Origin: a bacterium
GTDB lineage: Bacteria > Patescibacteriota > Minisyncoccia > Phycocordibacterales > UBA2100
Assembly: GCA_021781955.1 (NCBI GenBank)
Contig: JAJXVV010000001.1
Span: 26,688-90,687 of the forward strand
DNA: 64,000 bases
Direction of reading: 5' to 3'
The notes under the pieces are model-generated. The model did no database searches. It saw only the letters and a list, made by a program, of their open reading frames with translations, and had not been told where the DNA came from. A program made the translations under genes and the position numbers. Positions 9,647-18,892 of the stretch are shown piece by piece; within the stretch, counting starts at the first letter, position 1, and each line of letters opens with the position of its first letter.

Positions 9647-11788
9647 CTATTTGCGGCTCGCAACGATCTCCTCCTGCACGTTGCGCGGCACAACCGCGTA
9701 GTGGCTGAACTCGAGGTTCGGCACGCCGCGACCCTCGGTGAGGGAACGCAGTTGCGTAGTGAAGCCGAAGAGCTCCGAGAGCGGTACCTTGGCGGTGATG
9801 ACGCGTGCCTGGCCGCGCTCGCCCATCGCCTCGATGCTTCCGCGCTTGGCGTTTATCATGCCGGTTACGTCGCCCATGAACTTCTCCGGCGTGACAACCT
9901 CGAGCTTCATGATCGGCTCGAGAATGACCGGTTTCGCTTTCTGCATCGCGTCCTGGAACGCGTTGAGCGCGGCGAGCTTGAATGCTATTTCGGACGAATC
10001 GACGTCGTGGTAGGAGCCGTCGTACAGGTCGACCGAGATGTCGACGACCGGGAAACCGGCCAGGACGCCGCGGTCCATCGCTTCCTTGAGTCCTTTCTTG
10101 ATAGCCGGAATGTACTCCTGCGGAATGACGCCTCCCTTGATATTGTTGACGAACTCGAAGTGGTCCTCGCGGTCGACGTTATTCTTGATCTTCCCGCCCT
10201 CGACGACCGGCTCGAGTGGCTTCACGCGGATCTTCACGTGGCCGTACTGGCCGCGGCCGCCCGTCTGCTTGATGTGCTTGTACTCCACGTCGGACGTGCC
10301 CTGGATGGTCTCGCGGTACGCGACCTGCGGCTTGCCGGTCGAGGCCTCGACGTTGAACTCGCGCTTCATGCGGTCGACGAGGATCTCGAGGTGCAGCTCG
10401 CCCATGCCGGAGATGATCGTCTCGCCGGTCTCCGGATCTGACTTGACGCGGAAGGTCGGGTCCTCGTCGGAGAGGCGCGAGAGCGCGATACCCATCTTCT
10501 CCTGATCGGCCTTGGTCTTCGGTTCGATGCGCATCGACACGACCGGTTCCGGAAAGACGATGCTTTCGAGCGCGATGGGATGTTCCTGATCGCAGACGGT
10601 CTGACCGATCTTGACCTCTTTCATGCCGACGAACGCGGCGATCTCGCCCGCGTAGACGGTCTTCACGTCCTCGCGCTTATCGGCCTGCAATCGCACGATG
10701 CGGCCGACGCGCTCTTTCTTGTTGTTCGCGGAATTGTACGCGGTCTGCCCCGCCTCGAAGGTGCCTGAGTAGACTCGGAAGAACGAGAGCGAACCGACGA
10801 ACGGGTCCACCTGCAGCTTGAACACGAGCGCCGCGAAAGGTTCTGCGTCGGAAGCGTGGCGCTCTTCCTGCGCGCCGGTGTCGGTATTGATGCCTTTGGC
10901 GGGCGGGAGGTCGAGCGGGCTCGGCAAATAGTCGACGACTGCGTCGAGGACGAGTTGCACGCCCTTGTTTTTGAGCGAAGAGCCCGTGAGCACCGGGAAG
11001 ATCTGGTTGGCGATGACGCCTTTGCGGAGCGTTTTCTTGAGCGTGTCGAGCGGGATCTCCTTGCCCTCGAGGTAGTCGTTCATGACCGCGTCGTCCGCCT
11101 CGACGATGCGCTCGACGAGTTCGTGGCGGTACTTCTCGGCATCGGCCTTGTACTCATCAGGGATATCGTAGGCTCTCACCTCTTTGCCCATCTCGCCCTC
11201 GAACTTGTACGCCTTCATGGTGAGGAGGTCGATAACCCCCTCGAACCGGTCCTCCGCGCCCATCGGTATCTGCAGGCGCACCGCTTTCGTGGAAAGACGG
11301 TCGAGGATGGAGGCGTACGATTTCTCAAAGGACGCGCCCGTGCGGTCGAGCTTATTGATGTAGCAGATGCGCGGCACCTCCGCCTCTTCGGCGTAGCGCC
11401 AGTTGGTCTCACTTTGCGGCTCGACGCCCGCGACGCCGTCAAAGACGACGACCGCGCCGTCGAGAACGCGCATGGAACGCTTCACCTCTGAGGTAAAGTC
11501 GATGTGCCCCGGGGTGTCGATGATGTTGAAGCGGTGCTTGAAGCTCGTGTCGGCACCCATGTACGAAGGGTTCCAGAAACACGTAATTGCGGCGGCCGTG
11601 ATGGTGATGCCGCGCTCGCGCTCCTGCTCCATCCAGTCGGTCACGGTGTCGCCCTCGTGGACCTCGCCGATCTTGTGCGACATGCCGGTGTAGTAGAGGA
11701 TGCGCTCCGAGGTGGTCGTCTTGCCGGCATCGACGTGCGCGACGATGCCGAAGTTGCGGACTTTCTCCAATGGGTAATCCCGTGACAT
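9647..11788 (-). CDS. fusA: elongation factor G
   Basis: 713 aa. [35 protein letters not shown]... full-length EF-G. Confidence 0.97.
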   Translation of the reverse strand: MSRDYPLEKVRNFGIVAHVDAGKTTTSERILYYTGMSHKIGEVHEGDTVTDWMEQERERGITITAAAITCFWNPSYMGADTSFKHRFNIIDTPGHIDFTSEVKRSMRVLDGAVVVFDGVAGVEPQSETNWRYAEEAEVPRICYINKLDRTGASFEKSYASILDRLSTKAVRLQIPMGAEDRFEGVIDLLTMKAYKFEGEMGKEVRAYDIPDEYKADAEKYRHELVERIVEADDAVMNDYLEGKEIPLDTLKKTLRKGVIANQIFPVLTGSSLKNKGVQLVLDAVVDYLPSPLDLPPAKGINTDTGAQEERHASDAEPFAALVFKLQVDPFVGSLSFFRVYSGTFEAGQTAYNSANNKKERVGRIVRLQADKREDVKTVYAGEIAAFVGMKEVKIGQTVCDQEHPIALESIVFPEPVVSMRIEPKTKADQEKMGIALSRLSDEDPTFRVKSDPETGETIISGMGELHLEILVDRMKREFNVEASTGKPQVAYRETIQGTSDVEYKHIKQTGGRGQYGHVKIRVKPLEPVVEGGKIKNNVDREDHFEFVNNIKGGVIPQEYIPAIKKGLKEAMDRGVLAGFPVVDISVDLYDGSYHDVDSSEIAFKLAALNAFQDAMQKAKPVILEPIMKLEVVTPEKFMGDVTGMINAKRGSIEAMGERGQARVITAKVPLSELFGFTTQLRSLTEGRGVPNLEFSHYAVVPRNVQEEIVASRK

Positions 11789-11888
11789 GTGATGGGTATA
11801 GGTTACTTACAAAATAATCCGCCTGCTGGCGGATAAGCCCTGCGGCGATGCGCACAATGTAACGGAAAGTGAACGGATGTGCAACCGC

Positions 11889-12608
11889 TCACGACCTCGC
11901 AGCTCGCTTGCGGCGCGCGTGCCAGAGCGCGTCGGGGAAGAGCCTCTCCTGCATTGCGTCGCCGGCGAGCCCGAGCAAAATGAGCGCCACCGAGAAAAGG
12001 CACCACACTGCGGGCCATTCTTGCGGATTCTGTGTCGTCGCGTACGCGAGCACCGGCCCTACGAGCGCGAAGAGCACGCCGCGCCATGCGCCGTAGAAGA
12101 GCGGTAACACGAAGACCGCGAGCGCGTAGTAAATGAAGAGATCGCCGGGCAAGGGCGAGTTGAAGAGCGGGACGCTCCACGCGATATGCCACGTACCGCG
12201 TACCGTGCACCACACCGGTCCGCAGAGCGTCTGTCCGATCGTGCACATGGTCCCCGGTATGAGCGGTATCGCCTTGACGAGCATGAGGAACGAGAAGACG
12301 GTCGCGGCCGCGTAGATGATGCGCTTCGTCGCCGCCCGTATCCGCGAACCGCGTGAATAAATGTAAAGCATGTTGAAAAATATCGGCTGGAACGCGATAT
12401 GCACGTAACTCAGCATCGTGATGTATTGATTGACGGGCAGATCGCACTGATCGATGTGCTGGTAGCCGAAGAATTGCAGGAACTCCATCAGCGAGAAGTA
12501 CACCAGCGGCGCAACGAGGCCTTTCGTCCCCTCTTTGCGCGCGAGGCACACGGCGGTCGCGACACCTGCGACCCCGAGCGTGACCGATGCCTCGGGCGAC
12601 CAACACAT
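11889..12608 (-). CDS. hypothetical polytopic membrane protein
   Basis: 239 aa with about 6 predicted TM segments, no recognisable family. Lies between fusA and the S53 peptidase gene inside the str-operon region. Confidence 0.45.
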   Translation of the reverse strand: MCWSPEASVTLGVAGVATAVCLARKEGTKGLVAPLVYFSLMEFLQFFGYQHIDQCDLPVNQYITMLSYVHIAFQPIFFNMLYIYSRGSRIRAATKRIIYAAATVFSFLMLVKAIPLIPGTMCTIGQTLCGPVWCTVRGTWHIAWSVPLFNSPLPGDLFIYYALAVFVLPLFYGAWRGVLFALVGPVLAYATTQNPQEWPAVWCLFSVALILLGLAGDAMQERLFPDALWHARRKRAARS

Positions 12609-12663
12609 ACGCGGTGGATTATACCGCCATTCGAAAAAGTCGGGGACGTAAGGATACTGCGGG

Positions 12664-13767
12664 TCAGAACACCGCGGTGAGCGGCGAACCCAAACCGGTT
12701 ACGTAATCATAATGTTTGCGCGCCGTGCAGAGGTAACCGCATGCACCATTTGCGCCAGAGGTAATGTCGCGAAAGTACGACGCCACACTCCCGCTGGATT
12801 TGTCCGCATAGAGCCGCGCGATCGTGACACCTCCCCCAAGCGCGGCGATTGCCGCCCATTGCGGTGAGCCCGCCGATGTGCCACCCACCTTCTTCCACGT
12901 GCCGAGCCGATAGACGGGAAAACCAGACGATGGATCGGCGTCGTACGACACGTCCGGTATGGCGCGCATGCCGCCCGCCTTCGGTATCGAGTAGTCGGAC
13001 TGGAACGATGGCTCTTGTTCATAGGCCGAAATACCGCCGCCAGAGCCGCTCCATGCGGTTTCAGACAAGAACGAGCCGCCCGACGCGAGCGACACGTGCG
13101 TGCCGCCGACGCCGATGACTTCGGGCGACGCGGCTGGCCACGACGCGCCGGTGCCGTCGTCGCCGGAGGAGGCGAAGAATACTGCGCCCGAGACGCTCTT
13201 GAAATGCGGGTCGAGCGAGGTTTCCTCCGGAAACTCCGCGCCGCCCCAGCTCATCGAGACCGAAACAACGCCTTTGCGCGAAGCGGCATAATCGACCGCC
13301 TTGAGAAGATTCGCCCCGGAAGGATTCGTCGCTTCGACGAGGAGGATCTTCGCCTGCGGCGCGATGGCGTGCGCCCACTCAACGTCGAGCGAGACTTCCA
13401 TCGCCCAACCGCCGCTCCCAGACATTTTGGAGCTCATCTTATGCTTCTCAAAGCAGCCGTTTCCGCTCGTGCACGCGGGCAGACCGAACTGCTTGCTGAA
13501 CACGGCGAGATCTCTTTCGATCGATGCGTCGTCGTACGCACCGATGATGGCTATGGTGCCCGCACCGCCGTTTCCCGGGAGATGGTACACTTTCTTTATC
13601 TCGTCCGGCGTCATTCCTTGTGGCGTTCTCGACGCCTTTCCGTACAAATGTATCGGCGGCTTCCCCTGATATTTCGAAAAATGGTACGAGGCGTCCGCTG
13701 CGAGCGGAGCGAACGTAAATGCTAAAACAGCGAACGCCGCGCATCCTTGCGCGAGACGTGACCCCAT
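12664..13767 (-). CDS. secreted sedolisin-like (S53/S8 clan) serine peptidase
   Basis: ASSGDDG and VGGTSAGSPQWAAIAAL motifs match the Asp and Ser regions of subtilase/sedolisin peptidases. Signal peptide MGSRLAQGCAAFAVLAFTFAPLAADA. The ORF is open to 13836; start chosen at the internal Met. Confidence 0.65.
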   Translation of the reverse strand: MGSRLAQGCAAFAVLAFTFAPLAADASYHFSKYQGKPPIHLYGKASRTPQGMTPDEIKKVYHLPGNGGAGTIAIIGAYDDASIERDLAVFSKQFGLPACTSGNGCFEKHKMSSKMSGSGGWAMEVSLDVEWAHAIAPQAKILLVEATNPSGANLLKAVDYAASRKGVVSVSMSWGGAEFPEETSLDPHFKSVSGAVFFASSGDDGTGASWPAASPEVIGVGGTHVSLASGGSFLSETAWSGSGGGISAYEQEPSFQSDYSIPKAGGMRAIPDVSYDADPSSGFPVYRLGTWKKVGGTSAGSPQWAAIAALGGGVTIARLYADKSSGSVASYFRDITSGANGACGYLCTARKHYDYVTGLGSPLTAVF

Positions 13768-13848
13768 ATAAAGAAGAGTATAGCAGCGCGGCGCCCGGCC
13801 TGAAGGCCGGGCGCCGCTTGTCTGTGTACTACTCAATGAGCAGCAACG

Positions 13849-14133
13849 TCATTTCTGCAGGGACGCGCCGAGCACCTTCTGTGCAAGTTCGGCGAGCGCC
13901 GGAGGCATCTTGGCCGGATCCAGCGTGCCGGTCGTGAGCTTGAGCACATCTGTCTTGCTCAAACGCCCGTCGGCGAGCATCTGCTGAATCTCACTCGCAA
14001 ACTGGGCGAGCTGGTCTTGCGTGATGCCACGCGCTTCAAGCTCCTTTTGCACCGTCTGCGGATCAATGCCGCCGAGCGCCTGCCCCGCCCCGGGCACCGC
14101 GCGCGCCTTGCTGAAGAATTTTGAGAAGTTCAT
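13849..14133 (-). CDS. hypothetical small protein
   Basis: 94-aa ORF between rpsG and the peptidase gene. No confident family assignment. Confidence 0.35.
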   Translation of the reverse strand: MNFSKFFSKARAVPGAGQALGGIDPQTVQKELEARGITQDQLAQFASEIQQMLADGRLSKTDVLKLTTGTLDPAKMPPALAELAQKVLGASLQK

Positions 14134-14162
14134 CGCGGGATTGTATCAGGTGATGCGCTGAC

Positions 14163-14190
14163 GACAAAAACCCGCCCTGCGGCGGGTAGT
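14163..14190 (-). terminator. rho-independent terminator after rpsL-rpsG
   Basis: Minus-strand CCCGCCGCAGGGCGGG followed by TTTTTG, located just downstream of the rpsG stop. Confidence 0.6.
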
Positions 14191-14211
14191 TGGTTCATGC
14201 GGGAAGCCCGA

Positions 14212-14673
14212 CTACCACGCGAAGTGCGCGAAAGCTTTGTTTGCCTCGGCCATGCGGTGGGTAGTCTCTTTCTTGGAAACGGCGGCGCCTTCGTTCTTGA
14301 TCGCGGCCTTGAGCTCGGCCAAGAGCGATTCGTTCATCGGCTTGCCCTTGGTACCCTCGGCCGCATCGACGATCCAACGCATGCCGAGCGCGAGCCGACG
14401 CTGCGGGTTGACCTCGCGCGGCACCTGGTAGTTGGCGCCGCCGACGCGGCGCGAGCGCACCTCGACGGTGGGTGACGCGTTCTCAAGCGCCTGTTCGAGG
14501 AGCGCGACCGGATCGCCGTCCTTCTTCAGATCATCCATGACCTTGTAGACGATCTTGCGAGCGGTATCCTTCTTACCGCGCTCCATCACGTAGTTGATGA
14601 GCTTCGCGACCTTGAACGAGTTGTAGATCTCGTCAGGCGAGGGTTGCTTGCGGTTTTTGACAGGGCGACGCAT
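14212..14673 (-). CDS. rpsG: 30S ribosomal protein S7
   Basis: 153 aa with S7 conserved core (…VRSRRVGGANYQVP…LAMRWIV…). Confidence 0.95.
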   Translation of the reverse strand: MRRPVKNRKQPSPDEIYNSFKVAKLINYVMERGKKDTARKIVYKVMDDLKKDGDPVALLEQALENASPTVEVRSRRVGGANYQVPREVNPQRRLALGMRWIVDAAEGTKGKPMNESLLAELKAAIKNEGAAVSKKETTHRMAEANKAFAHFAW

Positions 14674-14681
14674 AAGAGAAA

Positions 14682-15098
14682 TTATTTGCCGCTCTTCGGC
14701 TTCTTCGCGCCATAGAGTGAACGGCCGCGGCGGCGCTTCTCGATGCCGGAGGTGTCGAGCTTGCCGCGCACGATGGTGTAGCGCAGACCGATGTCCTTCA
14801 CGCGACCGCCGCGCAAGAGCACGACCGAGTGCTCCTGAAGGTTGTGGCCTTCGCCCGGGATGTAGGCGGTGACCTCCATGCCATTCGTCAGGCGGACACG
14901 GGCGATCTTACGGATAGCCGAGTTCGGTTTGCGAGGCGTTTTCGTCGTGACACGAGTGCAGACGCCGCGCTTGAAAGGCGCCGGATAAAAGGAAGGGCGA
15001 TTCTTGAGCGTGTTGAAACCGCGCCCGAGCGCGATGGTCTTGCTGCGATAGACGCGCTTGCTGCGTCCTTTGCGCGTGAGCTGATTGATGGTAGCCAT
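14682..15098 (-). CDS. rpsL: 30S ribosomal protein S12
   Basis: [12 protein letters not shown]...PNSAIRK...; start placed at internal Met 20 of the extended ORF. Short C-terminal extension. Confidence 0.93.
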   Translation of the reverse strand: MATINQLTRKGRSKRVYRSKTIALGRGFNTLKNRPSFYPAPFKRGVCTRVTTKTPRKPNSAIRKIARVRLTNGMEVTAYIPGEGHNLQEHSVVLLRGGRVKDIGLRYTIVRGKLDTSGIEKRRRGRSLYGAKKPKSGK

Positions 15099-15165
15099 GT
15101 GAAAAGCGCGCACTGCGCGCCCGCACAATCTACTACCTATCGGTCCGCGATGCAAGCATCCTGCC

Positions 15166-15801
15166 CTACATCCCCGTCAATACGGAAGAAAGGCCGTACA
15201 CGAAATTGCCCCAAATCCCGCCGAAGGCGTAGATGAGGAGCACGACGACGACCATGCCGATGAACGGGTTCATCTCCATGCGCGCGCGCCACGAGTCGTA
15301 AGCGTACTGGGCCGAGCGCGGCAAAAAAGCCTCGAGAACCTTCGAACCATCGAGCGGCGGGATGGGAATGAGGTTGAAGAAGCAGAGCATGATGTTGACC
15401 ACCACAATGAGGAAGAGGAGGCTCTCGCCCCCCGCGAGCAAGCCCGTGCGGATAACGAGCCCGAAGACGATCGCGATGATGAGATTGGAGAGGGGTCCAG
15501 CACCCGCGACAATCGCCTCGCTGAAACGGCCGGGACGGAGATTGTAAGGATTGTACGGCACTGGTTTCGCATAACCAAAGAATATCGGTGAACCGGAGAG
15601 CGCGAAAAAGAGCGGGAGCAGTATCGAGCCGAAGAGATCGATGTGCGGTATCGGATTGAGCGTGAGGCGGCCGGCATAGCGCGCCGTTTTGTCGCCGAGG
15701 TAGTCGGCTGCGACCCCGTGCATCACCTCATGCACGATGGCAGAAAAGATGACGACTATCACGAGGAGCGCGGTTGATACGATTTGCATATGAGTCCCCA
15801 C
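15166..15801 (-). CDS. M50 family site-2 protease-like membrane metalloprotease
   Basis: HEVMHG (HExxH) in the first TM region, several TM helices, and an LDG motif ([14 protein letters not shown]) typical of S2P/SpoIVFB-like peptidases. Confidence 0.7.
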   Translation of the reverse strand: MGTHMQIVSTALLVIVVIFSAIVHEVMHGVAADYLGDKTARYAGRLTLNPIPHIDLFGSILLPLFFALSGSPIFFGYAKPVPYNPYNLRPGRFSEAIVAGAGPLSNLIIAIVFGLVIRTGLLAGGESLLFLIVVVNIMLCFFNLIPIPPLDGSKVLEAFLPRSAQYAYDSWRARMEMNPFIGMVVVVLLIYAFGGIWGNFVYGLSSVLTGM

Positions 15802-15823
15802 AATGGTAGCATAACGCCCTCAT

Positions 15824-16069
15824 ATGGCACGTATCTGTCAAATAACCGGCAAGAAGTCGCAGGTGGGCGGCGGGTATTCCAACCGCACCCGTGCGACCAA
15901 GTTCAATCCGACCGGCAAGCGCCGCCGCCAGGTCAATTTGCAGAAGAAGACGCTCTTTGTTCCGGAGCTCGGCCGCAAGATCACCGTCAATGTCTCTGCC
16001 AAGGGTTTGAAAACGATGAAAAAGCGTGGCGCGTACGCAACGCTCAAAGCGGCAGGTATCGTCTCCTAG
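15824..16069 (+). CDS. rpmB: 50S ribosomal protein L28
   Basis: MARICQITGKKSQVGGGYSNRTRATKFNPTGKRRRQVNLQKK... matches the L28 family. Confidence 0.85.
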   Translation: MARICQITGKKSQVGGGYSNRTRATKFNPTGKRRRQVNLQKKTLFVPELGRKITVNVSAKGLKTMKKRGAYATLKAAGIVS

Positions 16070-16085
16070 GCTCGGTTCCCGCCCC

Positions 16086-16910
16086 TCAATGGCCTGAAAC
16101 GATCTTCCCGTCGGAAACGAATGACACGGTCCCGCCGCACGTATCGAGCGTCTCTGCGTTCGAAAACGCAGGCAACGTACTCGATGCTGCGCACGTACCG
16201 GAATAAACGACGTATTTCGGCGACACGTAGCCGAGCAGTATCGGGGAAAACGTTTTCGCTTGCGACGCGCTCACCGTGAGCACGTCGGCGCGAAGCGTGC
16301 TGCCATCAAGCGCCGCGAGATAATTTTGCACGCCCGTCGTCGCGTCGCAGGGAAAGAGGAAGGCTGTTTTTCCGTACACGAGCCGCGTTACGACGCATCC
16401 CTCCCCCGCTCCCGAAGCGAGCAGATTCCGATCAGGAAACAGGACCTCGAGCTGCGCTCCCGTGCCGAGATCAATGATTTGGCCGCGACGTGCGGTACGC
16501 ATGCTCGTGCCGCTCGCCGCAGCACCTTTCTCAAAAGAGTACCAAGGCACGCTCGAATCTTCGACGCTCGTTTGCAGCACCGTATCCACCCGATAGCGTT
16601 GCAGCACGTCGATGAGCCCGGACACGTCGCCTTTGTTCGCCGAGGTTGCGATGACGAGATCGAGCGAGCGATCCCACGGCGCCATCAGCGCGCCGAGCTG
16701 CCGCAACACGCTGCCGTCCGGCCCGCCGTCGATGAGCACTTGCCGGCCGGAGGGCATATCGATGAGTATCGCTTCGCCTTTTCCAACCGCCAAAAAAGAG
16801 ACGGTGAGCTTCCCGCCCCGATCTTCCCGCGCTATCGCATACCACAGAGCCGCCGCAAGGACCCCGAGTATCGCGACAGCGACGAGCTGCACGCGCACAC
16901 TCTTGCGCAT
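16086..16910 (-). CDS. membrane-anchored ComEC C-terminal-like MBL-fold domain protein with degenerate metal-binding motif
   Basis: Resembles the ComEC beta-lactamase-like domain (…AILIDMPSGRQVLIDGGPDG…), but the HxHxDH position reads TSANKGDVSG, so the metal ligands are lost. N-terminal TM anchor. Confidence 0.55.
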   Translation of the reverse strand: MRKSVRVQLVAVAILGVLAAALWYAIAREDRGGKLTVSFLAVGKGEAILIDMPSGRQVLIDGGPDGSVLRQLGALMAPWDRSLDLVIATSANKGDVSGLIDVLQRYRVDTVLQTSVEDSSVPWYSFEKGAAASGTSMRTARRGQIIDLGTGAQLEVLFPDRNLLASGAGEGCVVTRLVYGKTAFLFPCDATTGVQNYLAALDGSTLRADVLTVSASQAKTFSPILLGYVSPKYVVYSGTCAASSTLPAFSNAETLDTCGGTVSFVSDGKIVSGH

Positions 16911-17104
16911 CGCCTCATGGTATCATGCGCCGCACGCGGCGTTGCCGTTTAACGGCCGGCGTGCGAGCGCTTTGCTAGTGAGATCGATCAATTGGGGTCC
17001 TGAACAAGAGGCTCGATGCGAGATCGGGCCAAAGAAAGAACATTTCACTTCATTCTCTCCTCCGTTCGGAGCTAAAAGAATCCAAATCCTCTTCACGAAA
17101 GCCG

Positions 17105-17719
17105 GTGGTATACTCGACCCATATGCCGCACACGTATGAAGCGAAGACGTTTACCCTTCCCCCGCTCGAGGGTATATCAGATGAATCAGTGAAACAGCAC
17201 ATCGGGCTGTACGAAGGCTACGTCAAGAATTTCAATTCAATGACCGCGCTCGCGGGCGAGCTCATGAAAGAGCCCGAGAAGAACGCTTTGGCGGTCGCGG
17301 AACTTATGCGCCGCCGCTCGTTCGAGTTCGGCGGCATGCGCCTGCACGAAATCTACTTCCCGCAATTCGCGGAAGGCGCCAGAACGCTCGATGAAAACTC
17401 CGCGCTCGGTAAAGCGCTCGCCGCGCAGTATGGCAAAGCCGAGCATGCGATCGCCGAAGTGCGCGCCGTCGCCGGCTTGCGAGGTCCGGGCTGGTCGCTC
17501 CTCTACTGGGACCCTGCCGGGAAACAGTTCCTCGTCGGCTTCACCGGCGAACAGCACCAGGGTCACTTCGCGACGCTCCCCATCGTGCTCGCGCTCGACG
17601 TGTGGGAACACGCCCACCTCCTCGACTACGGCGCCGCAGGTCGTGGCAAATACGTCGACGCTTTCTTCAAAAACCTCAATTGGGGTGTGCCGGAGCAGCG
17701 ATTCGAGACGCTCGCTTGA
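17105..17719 (+). CDS. sodA: Fe/Mn superoxide dismutase family protein
   Basis: DVWEHAHLLDY matches the Fe/Mn-SOD signature D-x-W-E-H-[STA]-[FY]. GGMRLHEIYF corresponds to the His81 region. N-terminal His-rich motif is partly divergent. Confidence 0.8.
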   Translation: MVYSTHMPHTYEAKTFTLPPLEGISDESVKQHIGLYEGYVKNFNSMTALAGELMKEPEKNALAVAELMRRRSFEFGGMRLHEIYFPQFAEGARTLDENSALGKALAAQYGKAEHAIAEVRAVAGLRGPGWSLLYWDPAGKQFLVGFTGEQHQGHFATLPIVLALDVWEHAHLLDYGAAGRGKYVDAFFKNLNWGVPEQRFETLA

Positions 17720-17795
17720 TGGTGAGCCGTACCAGGTATAAGCTAGGCGAGCTTCGCCGAGAGCGAGGTACTGGTTTGGCGGCTGTCGCCAAACA

Positions 17796-18254
17796 ATGAA
17801 CGGAGGGTTTGGGATGAGAGCGTTGGTTCGCGAAATACTCGATCAGTACGCAAAACGCGCGCTTGTCACGATCGGAGCTCACGAAATGCTGTTCGTCGCG
17901 GCGCAAAGAATGTGCGACGAAAAGGTGCATTCCCTCATCGTAGAGGATCGGCCGGGCCGGCCGTTCATCGGCATTTTCACTGAGCACGATTTCGTGCGTG
18001 CCGTTGCCGAAAGGAAGGGAAACGTCGCTGCCGTGCAAGTCTTCAGCTACATGACCAAAGATCTGGCGACCTGCACGAGCGATACGCTGATCGCGGACGT
18101 GAAGCGCCTCATGATGCAGCGGCGCATCAGGCATGTGCCTGTGATCGATAGCGACAAGATCGTCGCTGTCATCTCGATTGGTGACGTGACCCACTTTCAG
18201 GCCACGCTCGCCGAAGTCCACCAGGACCTGGTCGACGAGCGCATGAGGATTTGA
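17796..18254 (+). CDS. CBS-domain pair protein
   Basis: Two CBS-like repeats (…VHSLIVED…; …IRHVPVIDSDKIVAVISIGDV…). Confidence 0.75.
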   Translation: MNGGFGMRALVREILDQYAKRALVTIGAHEMLFVAAQRMCDEKVHSLIVEDRPGRPFIGIFTEHDFVRAVAERKGNVAAVQVFSYMTKDLATCTSDTLIADVKRLMMQRRIRHVPVIDSDKIVAVISIGDVTHFQATLAEVHQDLVDERMRI

Positions 18255-18388
18255 CCGACTTCCTATCGATCTTCCATCGTGAAGGCCGCCCTTCGGGCGG
18301 CCTTTCTCTTCTGTGGAGAAAGGGGTGGCGCCGATGAGAGTTGTGCTATGCTGTCCGTATTAGGGGTAATCAATAGGAGTCATTATTT

Positions 18389-18859
18389 ATGAAAATAGAA
18401 CGAGCCATCTTAGTAGCATTCATCGGCAACTATCTCATCAACACCGTCATCACCGGTTTGGTGTCGCTCATCCCGGCCTCGGGCGGGGCGGGACTCTTCA
18501 CGCCGCAGTACATCACGTTCGTGATCGTCGCAGCCGTCACGGTACTCTTGATCGCCCTGTGGTACGATGCGCAAGGATGGAAAGACGGCCTTGCTTTCGG
18601 CGTGATCGGTTTTTTCACTGCGGTCTTGACCGCGCTCGTGAGCGGCATCGCCGGGGTCATGGCACAGACGGGTTCTCTTTCTTCCGTCATCACCATACTC
18701 CCGAATTTCGGACCATTCCTCGCGACATGGTCGACTCTCGTCCTCGCCTGCTACTGGATTATCCCGGCAACTGCGTACGGCTGGTTCCACAACTCGAGGG
18801 CGCCGATGACTGGCGGAAAGCCTCCCATGCCGCACATGGGCTCGTTCGGTGCCAACTAA
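18389..18859 (+). CDS. hypothetical membrane protein
   Basis: 156 aa with 4 predicted TM segments. No recognisable family. Confidence 0.45.
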   Translation: MKIERAILVAFIGNYLINTVITGLVSLIPASGGAGLFTPQYITFVIVAAVTVLLIALWYDAQGWKDGLAFGVIGFFTAVLTALVSGIAGVMAQTGSLSSVITILPNFGPFLATWSTLVLACYWIIPATAYGWFHNSRAPMTGGKPPMPHMGSFGAN

Positions 18860-18892
18860 GATAACCATTCGAGGTTTTTGCAAAGCGCGGCC

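Noticed and set aside
13849-14133. Possible identification of the 94-aa ORF as an SRP/Ffh or EF-Ts-like fragment.
   Set aside because: Only vague helical similarity and no diagnostic motif, so I left it as hypothetical.
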